Shown piece by piece: positions 41,558 through 52,495 of a DNA stretch of 63,270 bases (its first letter is position 1; every line of letters begins with the position of its first letter). The notes under the pieces are model-generated. The model saw nothing but the letters and a program-made list of their open reading frames with translations. It was not told where the DNA came from and made no database searches. The translations under genes and the position numbers were made by a program. Origin of the DNA: Rikenella microfusus (GTDB taxonomy: Bacteria > Bacteroidota > Bacteroidia > Bacteroidales > DYQK01); the NCBI GenBank assembly GCA_020719385.1, contig DYQK01000003.1, forward strand, positions 1-63,270, given 5' to 3'.

Positions 41558-43393
41558 TTAGCCGACCATAATATTTGTGTCTGCGAATTTATATTTTGCG
41601 TGTTGTTTTTCCTCTCCGACTAATGTTGCCATCGTAAATACGCCGATTCTGCCAAAAAACATCAGAAAAATAATAATTAATTTGCCTTCTGTTGATAAAT
41701 CGGGAGTAACATTTCGCGAAAGTCCCACGGTGGCAAATGCCGAAACCGATTCGTAAAATAAATCGAATATTGAGTGCTTCTTCAAATCTTCAGTTATACT
41801 CAATAAAAAAACTGAGGTGAAAATTAATACCCCAGAAACCATAATTACCACCGTACATCTCCGAATGACGGTCATATTAATCGTATGCCATCCCATATCG
41901 ACGCGTTGTTTTCCCCGCATAAATGCCCACAAAGCACTTATCATTGTTACCGCTGTCGGAATTTTTATACCTCCCGCCGTAGAATTAGGTGCCGCTCCGA
42001 TGTACATCCACAAAATTATTATCATTGATGTTGAGGTCAATAGTCCTGCAGGGCTAACATTCGAGAAACCAGCTGTTCGCGTGACAACGGAGGTGAAAAA
42101 AGCGTTCAAGAGTTGTTGTTTAACTGAAAGTTCTTTCCATTCTTGATATTGTAAAACCCAAATTATGAATGCTCCACCAAAAATTAACACAACAGTGCTG
42201 TACAAAATAATTTTTGTCTCTAATTTGTAACGTTTTTTCTTCAACGGTCCACCTTTTGAGAAGTTTAAAATGTCGTACATCGTATAAAAACCAATTCCTC
42301 CAAATATAATTAAAATCATTACGGTAATTAAAGTTGGTGCGTGCGAGGCAAATTTTAAATTTTCCATTCCGCCGGGATAATTGCTGTAACCTGCATTGCA
42401 GTAAGCACTTACCGCATGAAAAATGGCATAAAAAAATCGTTCTGATGTATCGGGTTCAATGTTTGTCCAAGAGATAAAAAACACAACTGCACCGAGAAAT
42501 TCCACTGCAAACGTTATCCCAACTATCGATTTTAAAATCGTAAACACACTTGAGAAATCATCGTCGTCGAGAACTTCTTTGAGAATTACGTGTTCTCGCA
42601 GTTTTGTAACTCTCTGAAAAGGCAGTGCGGCCAGGGCGGTTAACGTTATTATTCCTAAACCGCCGATTTGCATTAAGAGAATCATAATAAATTGCCCTTG
42701 TGTGTTGAAAGTTGCCGAGACATCGATGGGACTTAATCCTGTTACGCAAATTGCAGAGGTAGCAGTAAAAAACGAATCTATCCATTTTAATCCTGTGTTC
42801 GAGGTCGGCAGTTTTAACAACAATGTTCCAACAATAATTATCATTACGAAAGACAAAATGTAAATTTTTGTCGGAGCAAGAGATAGATACAGCCATTTAT
42901 CTCGCCATTTCACAAAAACAACTATCAAAGCATAAATAAACGAAAAAATTTGCATTAAAACGAAGAGAATTTTTGTAAATATTAACCCCTCGCCTGAAAA
43001 ACGTTTTTCGGTGATGAAAATTCGCAATGCTTTGAAGTCATAAATTGTAAAAATAAATTCTAAGAGGAAAATTAAAAAAATTATCCCTGCAAAACTTAAT
43101 AAAAATATCGATTTTTGCAGCGAATGTTGTTTTTTATTTGAGTAAATATCAAAAATCAAAGAAGAAATAAACGTTGCCGCAATGAATTGTTGTGCAATAA
43201 TGACAATATTAATAAAAATTGCGTTTTTTTTCAGTTGAATATTAAAACCATATTCTTTGATTAAGAGAAATAACGCAAGAACACCTGTCAAAGAAATCAA
43301 ATACGAGAATATTTCTTTGATAGTTAATTGTTTTAACGAGATTAAAAAGTTATGAAAGTAATTATTTAAGCTTTTTAGTGCCATTTTTTTCAT
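41558..43393 (-). CDS. trkH: TrkH/KtrB potassium uptake membrane protein
   Basis: TSAICVTGL, QIGGLG, SAYCNAG, RTAGFS, STAGGIK, SAFATVGLS, GRIG. Confidence 0.9.
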   Translation of the reverse strand: MKKMALKSLNNYFHNFLISLKQLTIKEIFSYLISLTGVLALFLLIKEYGFNIQLKKNAIFINIVIIAQQFIAATFISSLIFDIYSNKKQHSLQKSIFLLSFAGIIFLIFLLEFIFTIYDFKALRIFITEKRFSGEGLIFTKILFVLMQIFSFIYALIVVFVKWRDKWLYLSLAPTKIYILSFVMIIIVGTLLLKLPTSNTGLKWIDSFFTATSAICVTGLSPIDVSATFNTQGQFIMILLMQIGGLGIITLTALAALPFQRVTKLREHVILKEVLDDDDFSSVFTILKSIVGITFAVEFLGAVVFFISWTNIEPDTSERFFYAIFHAVSAYCNAGYSNYPGGMENLKFASHAPTLITVMILIIFGGIGFYTMYDILNFSKGGPLKKKRYKLETKIILYSTVVLIFGGAFIIWVLQYQEWKELSVKQQLLNAFFTSVVTRTAGFSNVSPAGLLTSTSMIIILWMYIGAAPNSTAGGIKIPTAVTMISALWAFMRGKQRVDMGWHTINMTVIRRCTVVIMVSGVLIFTSVFLLSITEDLKKHSIFDLFYESVSAFATVGLSRNVTPDLSTEGKLIIIFLMFFGRIGVFTMATLVGEEKQHAKYKFADTNIMVG

Positions 43394-43396
43394 AAA

Positions 43397-46300
43397 TCAT
43401 TTCAAAATTAATAATTTTTCGAATTTGTCAATGGTTTTTCCATTGCCTCGCACGCGAAGACGATAAAAATATACTCCGCGACCAATGTCATTTCCATAGT
43501 CATCTTTGCCGTCCCAAGAAATTGGAGTACTCAGAAAACCATTTGACTGCACTTTTGTCTCAATATTTCTCACTAATTTGCCTGAAGGAGAAAAAATTTG
43601 TATCAAAACATCTAAATTTGTCTCTGCCAAATTGTGTTCAAAGTAAAAATCGGTGTGCGAGGTGAACGGATTCGGATAATTAAACAAACGTTTAATCGTT
43701 AAATCGGTAGATCTCACCACTTCAAACTCGATTTCTGTCTCTGACGAATTATTGTAAATATCCCAAATTTTTAAACGCAGTTTATGTTTGCCTTCACTTA
43801 ATTTCGAAAGCGAATAAATAATTTTTCCGCTTTTGTACGTATCTTTGTCGGCTTGATAAGAATCGTTTAACGTTAAAATTTCTTGATAATTGTTGTCAAT
43901 AACGGCAGTTATGTCGTGTCCGATGCCGTTTCCAACGGTATTAATCCCGCTGGAATCGCTCACAAGGGCAAAAATCTTCGGCGTTTCGTTAGTTATTCCA
44001 CCGTTCTCAAAATTTTCATTGTTCATAAACAAACGAATTTCGGGACCTTTGTTATCTGTTGACGGATTTTTCGAGAAACCACCGACAATAATTTCGTTAG
44101 AAAAACCATTTCCATCTGAATTTTGATTTTTCAGATAATACGAGATTTTCCCCTTCCCAAATTGATACGAAATATCTTTTGGAACAATAAAATTCACCGA
44201 AAAATTGCCGTTTTTCACAGAAACTGTACCTTTGTACAAAATATTATTTTGCACAAAAAATTCTCTAAGCGGCGAGGAATTGTCATTTTGCAACGTTTTA
44301 ACTTTACTTTTTTTATCAAAAATTGTAACAAAAACCTCTCCATCGAAATTCTCGATTTTTGTATTTTGCGAATTGCGAATTTCGCCTTTTATCAACACTT
44401 TTTCCAACGCATTTAACGTATCGCTTTGTAAACCGTTAATTTCTGTCGTAACAATTTTAAAATCAGGTTTCGGATACGAAATTTGAAGTGCAGGGTCACC
44501 TAATAAAATGAAATTTGATTTATTTATCTCCTCAGGCATTTCATTTTTCGCAAAACGCACCGCATCGCCGAGACGAAAATCTTTGCCCGAAGGATATTTT
44601 CGAAAAATATTTCGCAAAAAACGTTGATTCAAATTAGAATTATTGGGTCCGTAAACGGGTCTCGCCGCCGACAATAACGCAATTCCGCCGCCGTTTGGGT
44701 TTAACAAAACCAACTCGCCTGCCGAAACTTTGTTAAAATTGTCTTCTCTTTTGTACAACTCGAAACGACTAAACTCACAGCTCGCCGTCACAAAAACAGG
44801 CAATTTTGTTGAATTATTCCATTGCAGAATAGTATTTATTCCGACAATATGTTCGTGAGCGAGATAATCATCGTTTGCGTGTCCGACATAATTAAAAATT
44901 AACGTTCCATTTTTCATTCTGTTGTGAATTGCCCGTTCAACGTCAGGATATTGTTGCCCCGAAGCACCTGATTGCTGTTTGTATGCATCGAAATAAATTT
45001 TTTCAATATTGAACGAAGGCTGCGAATTGTCAAAAAAAGAACACAAAATTTCTGCATGTTCGAGATGCGAACCATAATCCTCGTCATCGGCAAGAATTGT
45101 AACGCTATTTCGCCATTCTCCCATCGCTTCGTTGCTGCAATAACGTTTAATCTTCGCAACCATTTGCTCGGCTTCTGTCTCATTTTGCACAGGAAGTCGA
45201 CCAACACTGATGTTTAAAAAATTACTTTGCAAAGAAGAATCGTTTAACGAGGCGAAAAAATCGTCAGTTGCGTAAGACCAGACTAAATCAAACGATTCGG
45301 CGGCTTCGTAAGTCGGAATAAAATTTGTATTTGCACTTCCCGCAAATTTATAATCGAAAGACGCATCGCCAAATAATAATAAATATCGAAGAGGTTTTTC
45401 TGAATTAGAATTTCTTGAGTAAATCATTTTTGCAAAATCTCGGATAGCAGAAATGTCTACACTTCCTGACGAAAATTCGTTGTAAACCTGCGTTGTTGTT
45501 GCGACAATGACTTGCAAATTATCTTTTTCTCTGTGAAAAACTGCGAGTTCTTCGGCTGCTTTTAGAAAATCGGGGTGCGAGACAATAATCATTTCGGCAT
45601 TAAAAATTGCGTGTAAATCTTGATTCTCAACAACACCAAGGTCGTCTCCTTCGGTGATAGGTTTGAGATATTTCGCACCATCAAAAGCGATAAATTCTCT
45701 TAAAGTATCTGTTAAAACCTTGAATTCTAATGAGTTAGAAACAATGTTAGTCGGAATCTCTTTGACGCAATATGGTTTTGTAACATCCCAAATTTTCACA
45801 TTTTGCGAGGCATTTTTCAAGCGAAACAACGCAATATTATTTTTAAACGCAGAATTTATATCTCGAAAAAACATTTGCGAGGTTTTAAAACTTAAATTTC
45901 TGCGAACATTTATCTCTATGAAATTTAACCAACCCTCATCTGACGGATTTTTTTTGTTAAAAGTTAATTTCACAGAGAAATTATCTGCGTTGGGCAAAAA
46001 ATTAAAAATATTTGTGTGCATTCTTGCGAAAGTTCCATCTGCCGAGAGCGAACCAAGTCCTTCGATTTCTAATTTTTCGTTAATATTTCCGCAATTTATG
46101 GAGAACGAAGTTTGCGATATAGAACGAGCCACGGCAGAAAGTCGAATTTTTGCGTTTTCAGACGTTAAAATATTGGGAAAAGAAAACGGAAAAGAATGCG
46201 AGGTAATGGCGTCAAAACTTTCTCCGAGCCAAATTCTGCCCGAATGTATTAAATTTTTCCATTCCTCTTCGTGAAACTCAAAATCGTCGAAACTTTCAAC

Positions 46301-46765
46301 CACTTGCGATTCTGTTTGCGAAATAGGATTTTCCACCGAAATAATATTTTCATAACCCGAATTGTAGTCGGAGGAGAGAAAATAATAAGAGAAATCGGAA
46401 TATAAGTGCAAAGAATGGAGAAACATTTTGGAATTTGTGTTAAAATAGCATCGATTCGGCGATTGTGCGAAAAAATAAACCGCATTATTTTTGATAAAAA
46501 TTTTATTTTCTATCAAATCGCTGATTCTTGGAGTAATTGGAAATTCAGGCAACATTTTTCCGCCATTTCCAAAAATTCGTACTTTTGCAGGTTCATTTAT
46601 GCCCAATTTTTTCAATTCCTCAAAAGTCAACTGATAAATTCCCTCTTCTTTCACCTTGATTTTCACCCACTTACCGCTTGATAAGACAGAATGCGAAGGA
46701 TAATTTTGTGCCTTAGAATAGAAAAAACTGAGTAACAGAAATAAACAAAAAAAATTATATCTCAT
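43397..46765 (-). CDS. porU: Type IX secretion system sortase PorU
   Basis: SVLSSGKWVK, YLLLFGD, VGRLP, YVGH, TASCEF, LLGDPAL, NYPNPF C-terminal domain. Confidence 0.93.
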   Translation of the reverse strand: MRYNFFCLFLLLSFFYSKAQNYPSHSVLSSGKWVKIKVKEEGIYQLTFEELKKLGINEPAKVRIFGNGGKMLPEFPITPRISDLIENKIFIKNNAVYFFAQSPNRCYFNTNSKMFLHSLHLYSDFSYYFLSSDYNSGYENIISVENPISQTESQVVESFDDFEFHEEEWKNLIHSGRIWLGESFDAITSHSFPFSFPNILTSENAKIRLSAVARSISQTSFSINCGNINEKLEIEGLGSLSADGTFARMHTNIFNFLPNADNFSVKLTFNKKNPSDEGWLNFIEINVRRNLSFKTSQMFFRDINSAFKNNIALFRLKNASQNVKIWDVTKPYCVKEIPTNIVSNSLEFKVLTDTLREFIAFDGAKYLKPITEGDDLGVVENQDLHAIFNAEMIIVSHPDFLKAAEELAVFHREKDNLQVIVATTTQVYNEFSSGSVDISAIRDFAKMIYSRNSNSEKPLRYLLLFGDASFDYKFAGSANTNFIPTYEAAESFDLVWSYATDDFFASLNDSSLQSNFLNISVGRLPVQNETEAEQMVAKIKRYCSNEAMGEWRNSVTILADDEDYGSHLEHAEILCSFFDNSQPSFNIEKIYFDAYKQQSGASGQQYPDVERAIHNRMKNGTLIFNYVGHANDDYLAHEHIVGINTILQWNNSTKLPVFVTASCEFSRFELYKREDNFNKVSAGELVLLNPNGGGIALLSAARPVYGPNNSNLNQRFLRNIFRKYPSGKDFRLGDAVRFAKNEMPEEINKSNFILLGDPALQISYPKPDFKIVTTEINGLQSDTLNALEKVLIKGEIRNSQNTKIENFDGEVFVTIFDKKSKVKTLQNDNSSPLREFFVQNNILYKGTVSVKNGNFSVNFIVPKDISYQFGKGKISYYLKNQNSDGNGFSNEIIVGGFSKNPSTDNKGPEIRLFMNNENFENGGITNETPKIFALVSDSSGINTVGNGIGHDITAVIDNNYQEILTLNDSYQADKDTYKSGKIIYSLSKLSEGKHKLRLKIWDIYNNSSETEIEFEVVRSTDLTIKRLFNYPNPFTSHTDFYFEHNLAETNLDVLIQIFSPSGKLVRNIETKVQSNGFLSTPISWDGKDDYGNDIGRGVYFYRLRVRGNGKTIDKFEKLLILK

Positions 46766-46998
46766 TGATTTTCAATATTTTAAATAAAAAATTTCTCTCA
46801 TTTTAAATTTACAAAAGTAAAAAAAATTTATTATATAAAAAAATTTGTAAAAAAAAGAACAATATTGACAAAATGGCAGAAAAACTGACAAAGAAAAAAT
46901 AATTTGTCAGTTTTTTAACTTGTTGATTTTCAACGAAATAAGATAATTCTATCTTTTTTCAAAGAAAAAATGACAGATATTTTTGTAAAAAATCGATT

Positions 46999-47014
46999 TG
47001 GCACACAATTCGAT
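46999..47014 (+). promoter_or_regulatory. Putative sigma54-type promoter for DUF433-groES-groEL
   Basis: TGGCACACAATTCGAT (GG-N10-GA), preceded by CTGACA/TGTCAG boxes at 46866-46976. Confidence 0.55.
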
Positions 47015-47050
47015 AATGTGCAGAGTGAAAACAGTTAAGTTTCAATAACA

Positions 47051-47275
47051 ATGATAGATTACAAAAAAATAATTACCATTGAAGCAGGAAAACGAGGCGG
47101 TAAACCTTGCATTCGAGGATTAAGAATCACAGTTTACGATGTTTTTGCTTGGCTTGCTTCAGGAATGACAATAGAGAAAATTTTATATGATTTTCCCGAA
47201 CTCGTTCTAAATGATATTTTGGCATGTTTTGCTTACGCAGCGGATATGGAAAAAAATATCGCTTATGCATTTTAA
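47051..47275 (+). CDS. DUF433 family protein (antitoxin-like)
   Basis: GKRGGKPCIRGLRITVYDV, LASGMT, DFPEL, DILACFAYAA. Confidence 0.92.
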   Translation: MIDYKKIITIEAGKRGGKPCIRGLRITVYDVFAWLASGMTIEKILYDFPELVLNDILACFAYAADMEKNIAYAF

Positions 47276-47410
47276 CAGAAACTTTTTATTATTAAATTTA
47301 ATAAAAATATTAACAGATAAAAAATCAGAAATTCTAAATTTTATCGAAAATTCTATTGAAGGTATTTTCAAAATTCAAAAATGTCTAACTCAATAAAACT
47401 TGATAAACTC

Positions 47411-47695
47411 ATGGCAAAAGTAAGTATTAAACCCTTGGCTGACCGCGTGTTAATTGAACCGCAAGCAGCTGAAGTTCGTACAGCCAGCGGACTTATTATT
47501 CCTGACACCGCAAAAGAAAAACCACAACGTGGAACCGTTATCGCAGTAGGTGAAGGAACTGAAAAAGAAAAAATGTTGCTCAAAGAAGGCGACTCGGTAT
47601 TGTACGGCAAATACTCTGGAACCGAGATTCAAATCGACGGCAAAGATTATTTAATGATGCGACAATCTGACGTTTTAGCCGTCATTTTGCAATAA
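47411..47695 (+). CDS. groES: Co-chaperonin GroES
   Basis: IKPLADRVL, TASGLIIPDTAKEKPQ, YGKYSGTE. Confidence 0.98.
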   Translation: MAKVSIKPLADRVLIEPQAAEVRTASGLIIPDTAKEKPQRGTVIAVGEGTEKEKMLLKEGDSVLYGKYSGTEIQIDGKDYLMMRQSDVLAVILQ

Positions 47696-47752
47696 TTTCC
47701 ATGAAGTTTTACACAAAAAAATTAAGTTTAACCATTTAAAACGAGATTCTCT

Positions 47753-49390
47753 ATGGCAAGCAAAGATATCAAATTCAACATTGAAGCCCGCGACCTCTTA
47801 AAAAAAGGTGCCGACAAACTCGCTAACGCAGTGAAAGTTACTCTCGGACCAAAGGGACGTAACGTAGTTATTGAAAAGAAATTCGGTTCTCCACAAATTA
47901 CAAAAGACGGAGTAACCGTTGCGAAGGAAGTCGAATTGGCAAATGCTTTCGAAAATATGGGTGCGCAATTAGTCCGCGAAGTAGCACAAAAAACCGCTGA
48001 CGAGGCAGGTGACGGAACAACAACCGCAACCGTCTTAGCACAATCTATCTTAACCGTTGGGTTAAAAAACGTTACTGCAGGAGCAAATCCGATGGATTTA
48101 AAACGAGGTATTGACAAAGCAGTTGCAAAAGTTGTTGAAAATCTTCGAAAACAAAGCAGAACTATCGGCGAAGACAGCCAACAAATTGAGCAAGTTGCCT
48201 CTATTTCTGCCAACAACGACCCAACAATTGGAAAACTTATCGCCGAGGCAATGGGCAAGGTGAAAAAAGAAGGCGTTATTACCGTTGAGGAGGCAAAAGG
48301 TACAGAAACAACCGTAGAAGTTGTTGAAGGAATGGAATTTGATAGAGGTTATATTTCTCCTTATTTTGTCACTAATTCTGAAAAAATGGAAACCGTTCTC
48401 GAAGATCCATGGATTTTGATTTATGACAAAAAAATCTCAACAATGAAAGACTTCATGCCTGTTTTGGAACAAACGCTTCAAACAGGACGCCCATTATTAA
48501 TCATTGCTGAAGACGTAGAAGGTGAAGCACTTGCAACATTAGTCGTCAATAAATTGCGTGGCTCGTTGAAAGTGGCAGCTGTTAAATCCCCTGGTTTCGG
48601 CGACAGACGTAAGGAAATGCTCGAAGACATTGCTGTCCTCACGGGCGGAATAGTTATCACAGAAGACAAAGGTCTCAAACTCGAAAGTACTACGCTTCAA
48701 ATGTTAGGTCGTGCAGAAAAAATTTCCATCAACAAGGATAACACAACTATCGTAAACGGTGGCGGTTCAAAAAATGACATTCAAGCACGAATCAAACAAA
48801 TCAAAGCACAAATCGAGAACACTACTTCGAATTATGACAAAGAAAAATTGCAAGAACGTTTAGCAAAACTCGCAGGCGGAGTCGCAGTTTTATACATCGG
48901 TGCAGCAACAGAAACTGAAATGAAAGAGAAGAAAGACAGAGTTGATGACGCACTCAATGCTACGCGTGCCGCTATTGAAGAAGGAATTATCCCTGGAGGA
49001 GGTGTTGCTTACATTCGAGCAATAGACGCACTGACAGATTTGAAAGGAGACAACATTGACGAAAATACAGGAATCGCAATTATTCGTCGTGCTTTGGAAG
49101 AACCAATGAGACAAATCACCGAAAATGCAGCGTTAGACGGCTCGGTGGTCGTTCAAAAAGTCAAAGAAGGAAAAGATGACTTCGGTTATAATGCCCGAAC
49201 TGACAGATATGAAAATTTATTTGAAGCAGGCGTTATTGACCCAACTAAGGTTGCTCGCGTTGCTTTGGAAAAAGCAGCTTCGATGGCTGGAATGTTTCTC
49301 ACCACAGAATGTCTCGTTGTGGAGGAAAAAGATAAAAAAGAAGGCGGAATGCCTCACCACGGACACGGCGGAATGGAAGATATGATGTAA
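47753..49390 (+). CDS. groEL: Chaperonin GroEL
   Basis: [29 protein letters not shown]. Confidence 0.99.
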   Translation: MASKDIKFNIEARDLLKKGADKLANAVKVTLGPKGRNVVIEKKFGSPQITKDGVTVAKEVELANAFENMGAQLVREVAQKTADEAGDGTTTATVLAQSILTVGLKNVTAGANPMDLKRGIDKAVAKVVENLRKQSRTIGEDSQQIEQVASISANNDPTIGKLIAEAMGKVKKEGVITVEEAKGTETTVEVVEGMEFDRGYISPYFVTNSEKMETVLEDPWILIYDKKISTMKDFMPVLEQTLQTGRPLLIIAEDVEGEALATLVVNKLRGSLKVAAVKSPGFGDRRKEMLEDIAVLTGGIVITEDKGLKLESTTLQMLGRAEKISINKDNTTIVNGGGSKNDIQARIKQIKAQIENTTSNYDKEKLQERLAKLAGGVAVLYIGAATETEMKEKKDRVDDALNATRAAIEEGIIPGGGVAYIRAIDALTDLKGDNIDENTGIAIIRRALEEPMRQITENAALDGSVVVQKVKEGKDDFGYNARTDRYENLFEAGVIDPTKVARVALEKAASMAGMFLTTECLVVEEKDKKEGGMPHHGHGGMEDMM

Positions 49391-49398
49391 TATTTTTC

Positions 49399-49436
49399 AA
49401 AAACTCTGTTGCAAAAAAAAAGCGACAGAGTTTTTT
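49399..49436 (+). terminator. Rho-independent terminator of groEL
   Basis: aaaaactctgttgc...gcgacagagtttttt. Confidence 0.8.
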
Positions 49437-49484
49437 CATTTTTCCCGTAAGTTAACGAAAAATATTTTTTCAAAGTTAAAAATA

Positions 49485-50810
49485 TTTTTTGCAAAATTAA
49501 TAAAAAATTCTCTTTGTTCGCAAAAAATTACGAACAAAATTTTCAAAAAATAAGTTAAAAATGTTAATTTTCAAAAACTTCAGATAAATCAATTTCTAAA
49601 TCATTAAAAATATTAACCTTTACTTTGTCATCTTCGAAAAAATCACCGATTTTTTCATATTTTCCCCCTTCATTCAACAGAAAAACCGAGACAATTCTTT
49701 CATTCGGATAAACTACCCAATATTCTCTCACTCCGTTTTCCTCGTAAAGTTGATATTTTATTTTCAAATCGCGTTTTGTTGTTGCGGGAGAAAGTATCTC
49801 AATGATAAAATCAGGACTTCCGAGACAACCCCTGTCGTCAAGTTTCGATAAATCACAAATGACACAAATATCAGGTTGAACAACGGTATCAATTTTTTTA
49901 TCTTCTTTTTCACTTTTTTTCGAAAGTCGAACATCAAAAGGTGCGTGATAAACGTGACAAGGTTTCTTTTTAAAATAAATTCTTATCTCTGCAAGCAATG
50001 CTATTGAAATTCTTTGATGAATTCTTGTTGGAGCGGCGAGGAACAAAGTTTTAAAACCATCAATTAACTCACAACGCACATCATCAAACCACTGCAAATA
50101 ATCGGCATAAGTGTAACGTGGCACTTCGGCGGACAAACTATTTTCCATAAAAATAATTTTTTTTGCAAAATTAATAAAAAATTCTCTTTGTTCGCAAAAA
50201 ATTACGAACAAAATTTTCAAAAAATAAGTTAAAAATGTTAATTTTCAAAAACTTCAGATAAATCAATTTCTAAATCATTAAAAATATTAACCTTTACTTT
50301 GTCATCTTCGAAAAAATCACCGATTTTTTCATATTTTCCCCCTTCATTCAACAGAAAAACCGAGACAATTCTTTCATTCGGATAAACTACCCAATATTCT
50401 CTCACTCCGTTTTCCTCGTAAAGTTGATATTTTATTTTCAAATCGCGTTTTGTTGTTGCGGGAGAAAGTATCTCAATGATAAAATCAGGACTTCCGAGAC
50501 AACCCCTGTCGTCAAGTTTCGATAAATCACAAATGACACAAATATCAGGTTGAACAACGGTATCAATTTTTTTATCTTCTTTTTCACTTTTTTTCGAAAG
50601 TCGAACATCAAAAGGTGCGTGATAAACGTGACAAGGTTTCTTTTTAAAATAAATTCTTATCTCTGCAAGCAATGCTATTGAAATTCTTTGATGAATTCTT
50701 GTTGGAGCGGCGAGGAACAAAGTTTTAAAACCATCAATTAACTCACAACGCACATCATCAAACCACTGCAAATAATCGGCATAAGTGTAACGTGGCACTT
50801 CGGCGGACAA
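49485..50810. repeat. Tandem direct duplication, period 674 bp
   Basis: 49485-50136 and 50159-50810 appear identical on reading. Confidence 0.92.
49564..50148 (-). CDS. Uma2-family endonuclease, copy A
   Basis: [18 protein letters not shown]...VVQPD...[10 protein letters not shown]...EYWVV. Confidence 0.92.
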   Translation of the reverse strand: MENSLSAEVPRYTYADYLQWFDDVRCELIDGFKTLFLAAPTRIHQRISIALLAEIRIYFKKKPCHVYHAPFDVRLSKKSEKEDKKIDTVVQPDICVICDLSKLDDRGCLGSPDFIIEILSPATTKRDLKIKYQLYEENGVREYWVVYPNERIVSVFLLNEGGKYEKIGDFFEDDKVKVNIFNDLEIDLSEVFEN

Positions 50811-50822
50811 GGAATTTTCCAT
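50238..50822 (-). CDS. Uma2-family endonuclease, copy B (protein identical to copy A)
   Basis: Same 194-aa sequence; Ser4 codon is TCC versus AGT in copy A. Confidence 0.92.
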   Translation of the reverse strand: MENSLSAEVPRYTYADYLQWFDDVRCELIDGFKTLFLAAPTRIHQRISIALLAEIRIYFKKKPCHVYHAPFDVRLSKKSEKEDKKIDTVVQPDICVICDLSKLDDRGCLGSPDFIIEILSPATTKRDLKIKYQLYEENGVREYWVVYPNERIVSVFLLNEGGKYEKIGDFFEDDKVKVNIFNDLEIDLSEVFEN

Positions 50823-50933
50823 AAATTTTTCACTTTTAAAAATTATTTTTGCAAAATTAATACATTTTTTGTACAAAACCAAATTTTTTTATACTTTTGT
50901 AAAAATTTTTTCAAAAAAATTCTCAAAAAAACG

Positions 50934-51812
50934 ATGATTTTAATTGACGGAAATAAAATTTCTAACGAAATTAAAAATGAACTTGCTGCGGAAACATTCG
51001 AATTTGTTAAAAATTTTGATAGAAAACCACATCTCGCAGCGATATTAGTCGGTAATGATGGGGCAAGTGAAACTTATGTGGGGCATAAAGTGAAATCTTG
51101 CGAGCAAGTAGGTTTTTTTTCGACATTGATACGTTTGGAAAATAATTGTTCCGAATCGGAATTGCTTCAAAAAATTGAGAAAATCAATAATGACCCTGAA
51201 GTTGACGGATTAATTGTTCAATTGCCTCTGCCTTCACATATTTCTGAGCAGAAAGTTATTGAAACTATAAATCCTGCCAAAGATGTTGATGGTTTTCACC
51301 CTGTGAATGTTGGAAGAATGGTTATTGGTTTACCTTCGTATATTCCAGCAACGCCGTTTGGCATTCTTGAGTTGATAAAACGTTACGAAATTCAGACGGA
51401 TGGCAAGCATTGCGTGGTTTTGGGACGGAGTAACATTGTTGGGAAACCGATTTCGATTTTAATGTCTCGCAAATCTTACCCTGGAAATTGTACTGTTACG
51501 TTGTGCCATAGTCGCACGGTTGATTTGCCCGATGTTTTGAGGCAAGCCGATATTTTAATTGTTGCGTTAGGAAACCCTGAATTTGTGAAAGCAAATATGG
51601 TAAAAGAAAATGCTGTAGTTATTGATGTCGGTATAACGCGTGTAAAATCGGACAAAACCAAAAGCGGATGGAAATTATTAGGTGATGTAAAATTTGAGGA
51701 AGTAGCAGAAAAATGCAGTTTTATAACGCCTGTTCCGGGCGGAGTCGGACCAATGACAATTGTTTCGTTGCTAAGAAATACTCTTTTCGCAGCGAGAAAA
51801 GAAATTTATTAA
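50934..51812 (+). CDS. folD: Methylenetetrahydrofolate dehydrogenase/cyclohydrolase
   Basis: [34 protein letters not shown]. Confidence 0.98.
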   Translation: MILIDGNKISNEIKNELAAETFEFVKNFDRKPHLAAILVGNDGASETYVGHKVKSCEQVGFFSTLIRLENNCSESELLQKIEKINNDPEVDGLIVQLPLPSHISEQKVIETINPAKDVDGFHPVNVGRMVIGLPSYIPATPFGILELIKRYEIQTDGKHCVVLGRSNIVGKPISILMSRKSYPGNCTVTLCHSRTVDLPDVLRQADILIVALGNPEFVKANMVKENAVVIDVGITRVKSDKTKSGWKLLGDVKFEEVAEKCSFITPVPGGVGPMTIVSLLRNTLFAARKEIY

Positions 51813-51964
51813 TTCAACTGAAAACTTTATTGATACTTCATTTTTTTACATTTGGAGTGTCAATTTTGTCGCAAAAATTTTCTAAAAATTCATTTTTTTC
51901 TAAAAATATTTTTTACTTTTGTCCGCAGAAAAAAATTTAATTTTACACTCTTAAGTAAATAAAA

Positions 51965-52495
51965 ATGCTTCGAAAAACTTTACAAAATGATAATTTAACG
52001 AAAATAAACTTGGAACTTGGCGCGGGTTGCGGCGAATTTGCACATAAATATATTTCAAATTGTTATATTACCGAATTAAACGAAACTTATAAAACGCAAT
52101 GCCAAATTTGTTATGTTGATATTTTTGGAATTGATGCAGAAAATTTGCCCTTGGAGTGGAGTGATAATCGATTTGAAAAAATATTTTTATGTCATCCTTA
52201 CGGTTACGGTTTCAAAAATAGAGCAAATTCAGAAATATTACTCAAAGAATTAACCAATTCTGTCAAAAATAAAGGAATAATCATAATTTTAACTACAGGC
52301 ACAAACCCATACAGCTCGCCTGATAGAGTGAAAAAACGAATCAATGAGATAAAAATTGAAAATGTAACCTTAAAATTGGACGAAAATATAAATTTAGCAC
52401 CCGAATTTTCACAACATACTTTTTTTCATTCCGAATTAAAACAACCCATTACTGCAAAAATTTTCCAATTAACCATTTATGTTGACAAATGTTAA
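51965..52495 (+). CDS. Small class I SAM-dependent methyltransferase-fold protein
   Basis: LELGAGCG motif I, DAENLP, FEKIFLCHPYGY. Confidence 0.65.
   Translation: MLRKTLQNDNLTKINLELGAGCGEFAHKYISNCYITELNETYKTQCQICYVDIFGIDAENLPLEWSDNRFEKIFLCHPYGYGFKNRANSEILLKELTNSVKNKGIIIILTTGTNPYSSPDRVKKRINEIKIENVTLKLDENINLAPEFSQHTFFHSELKQPITAKIFQLTIYVDKC

Noticed and set aside
45654..46274. Long antisense ORFs, such as this 206-aa one, the 176-aa one opposite groEL and the 166-aa one opposite the histidine kinase
   Set aside because: Shadows of well-supported genes on the other strand
49485..50810. Uma2 duplication as a DGR template/variable repeat pair
   Set aside because: No adenine-specific mismatches and no reverse transcriptase
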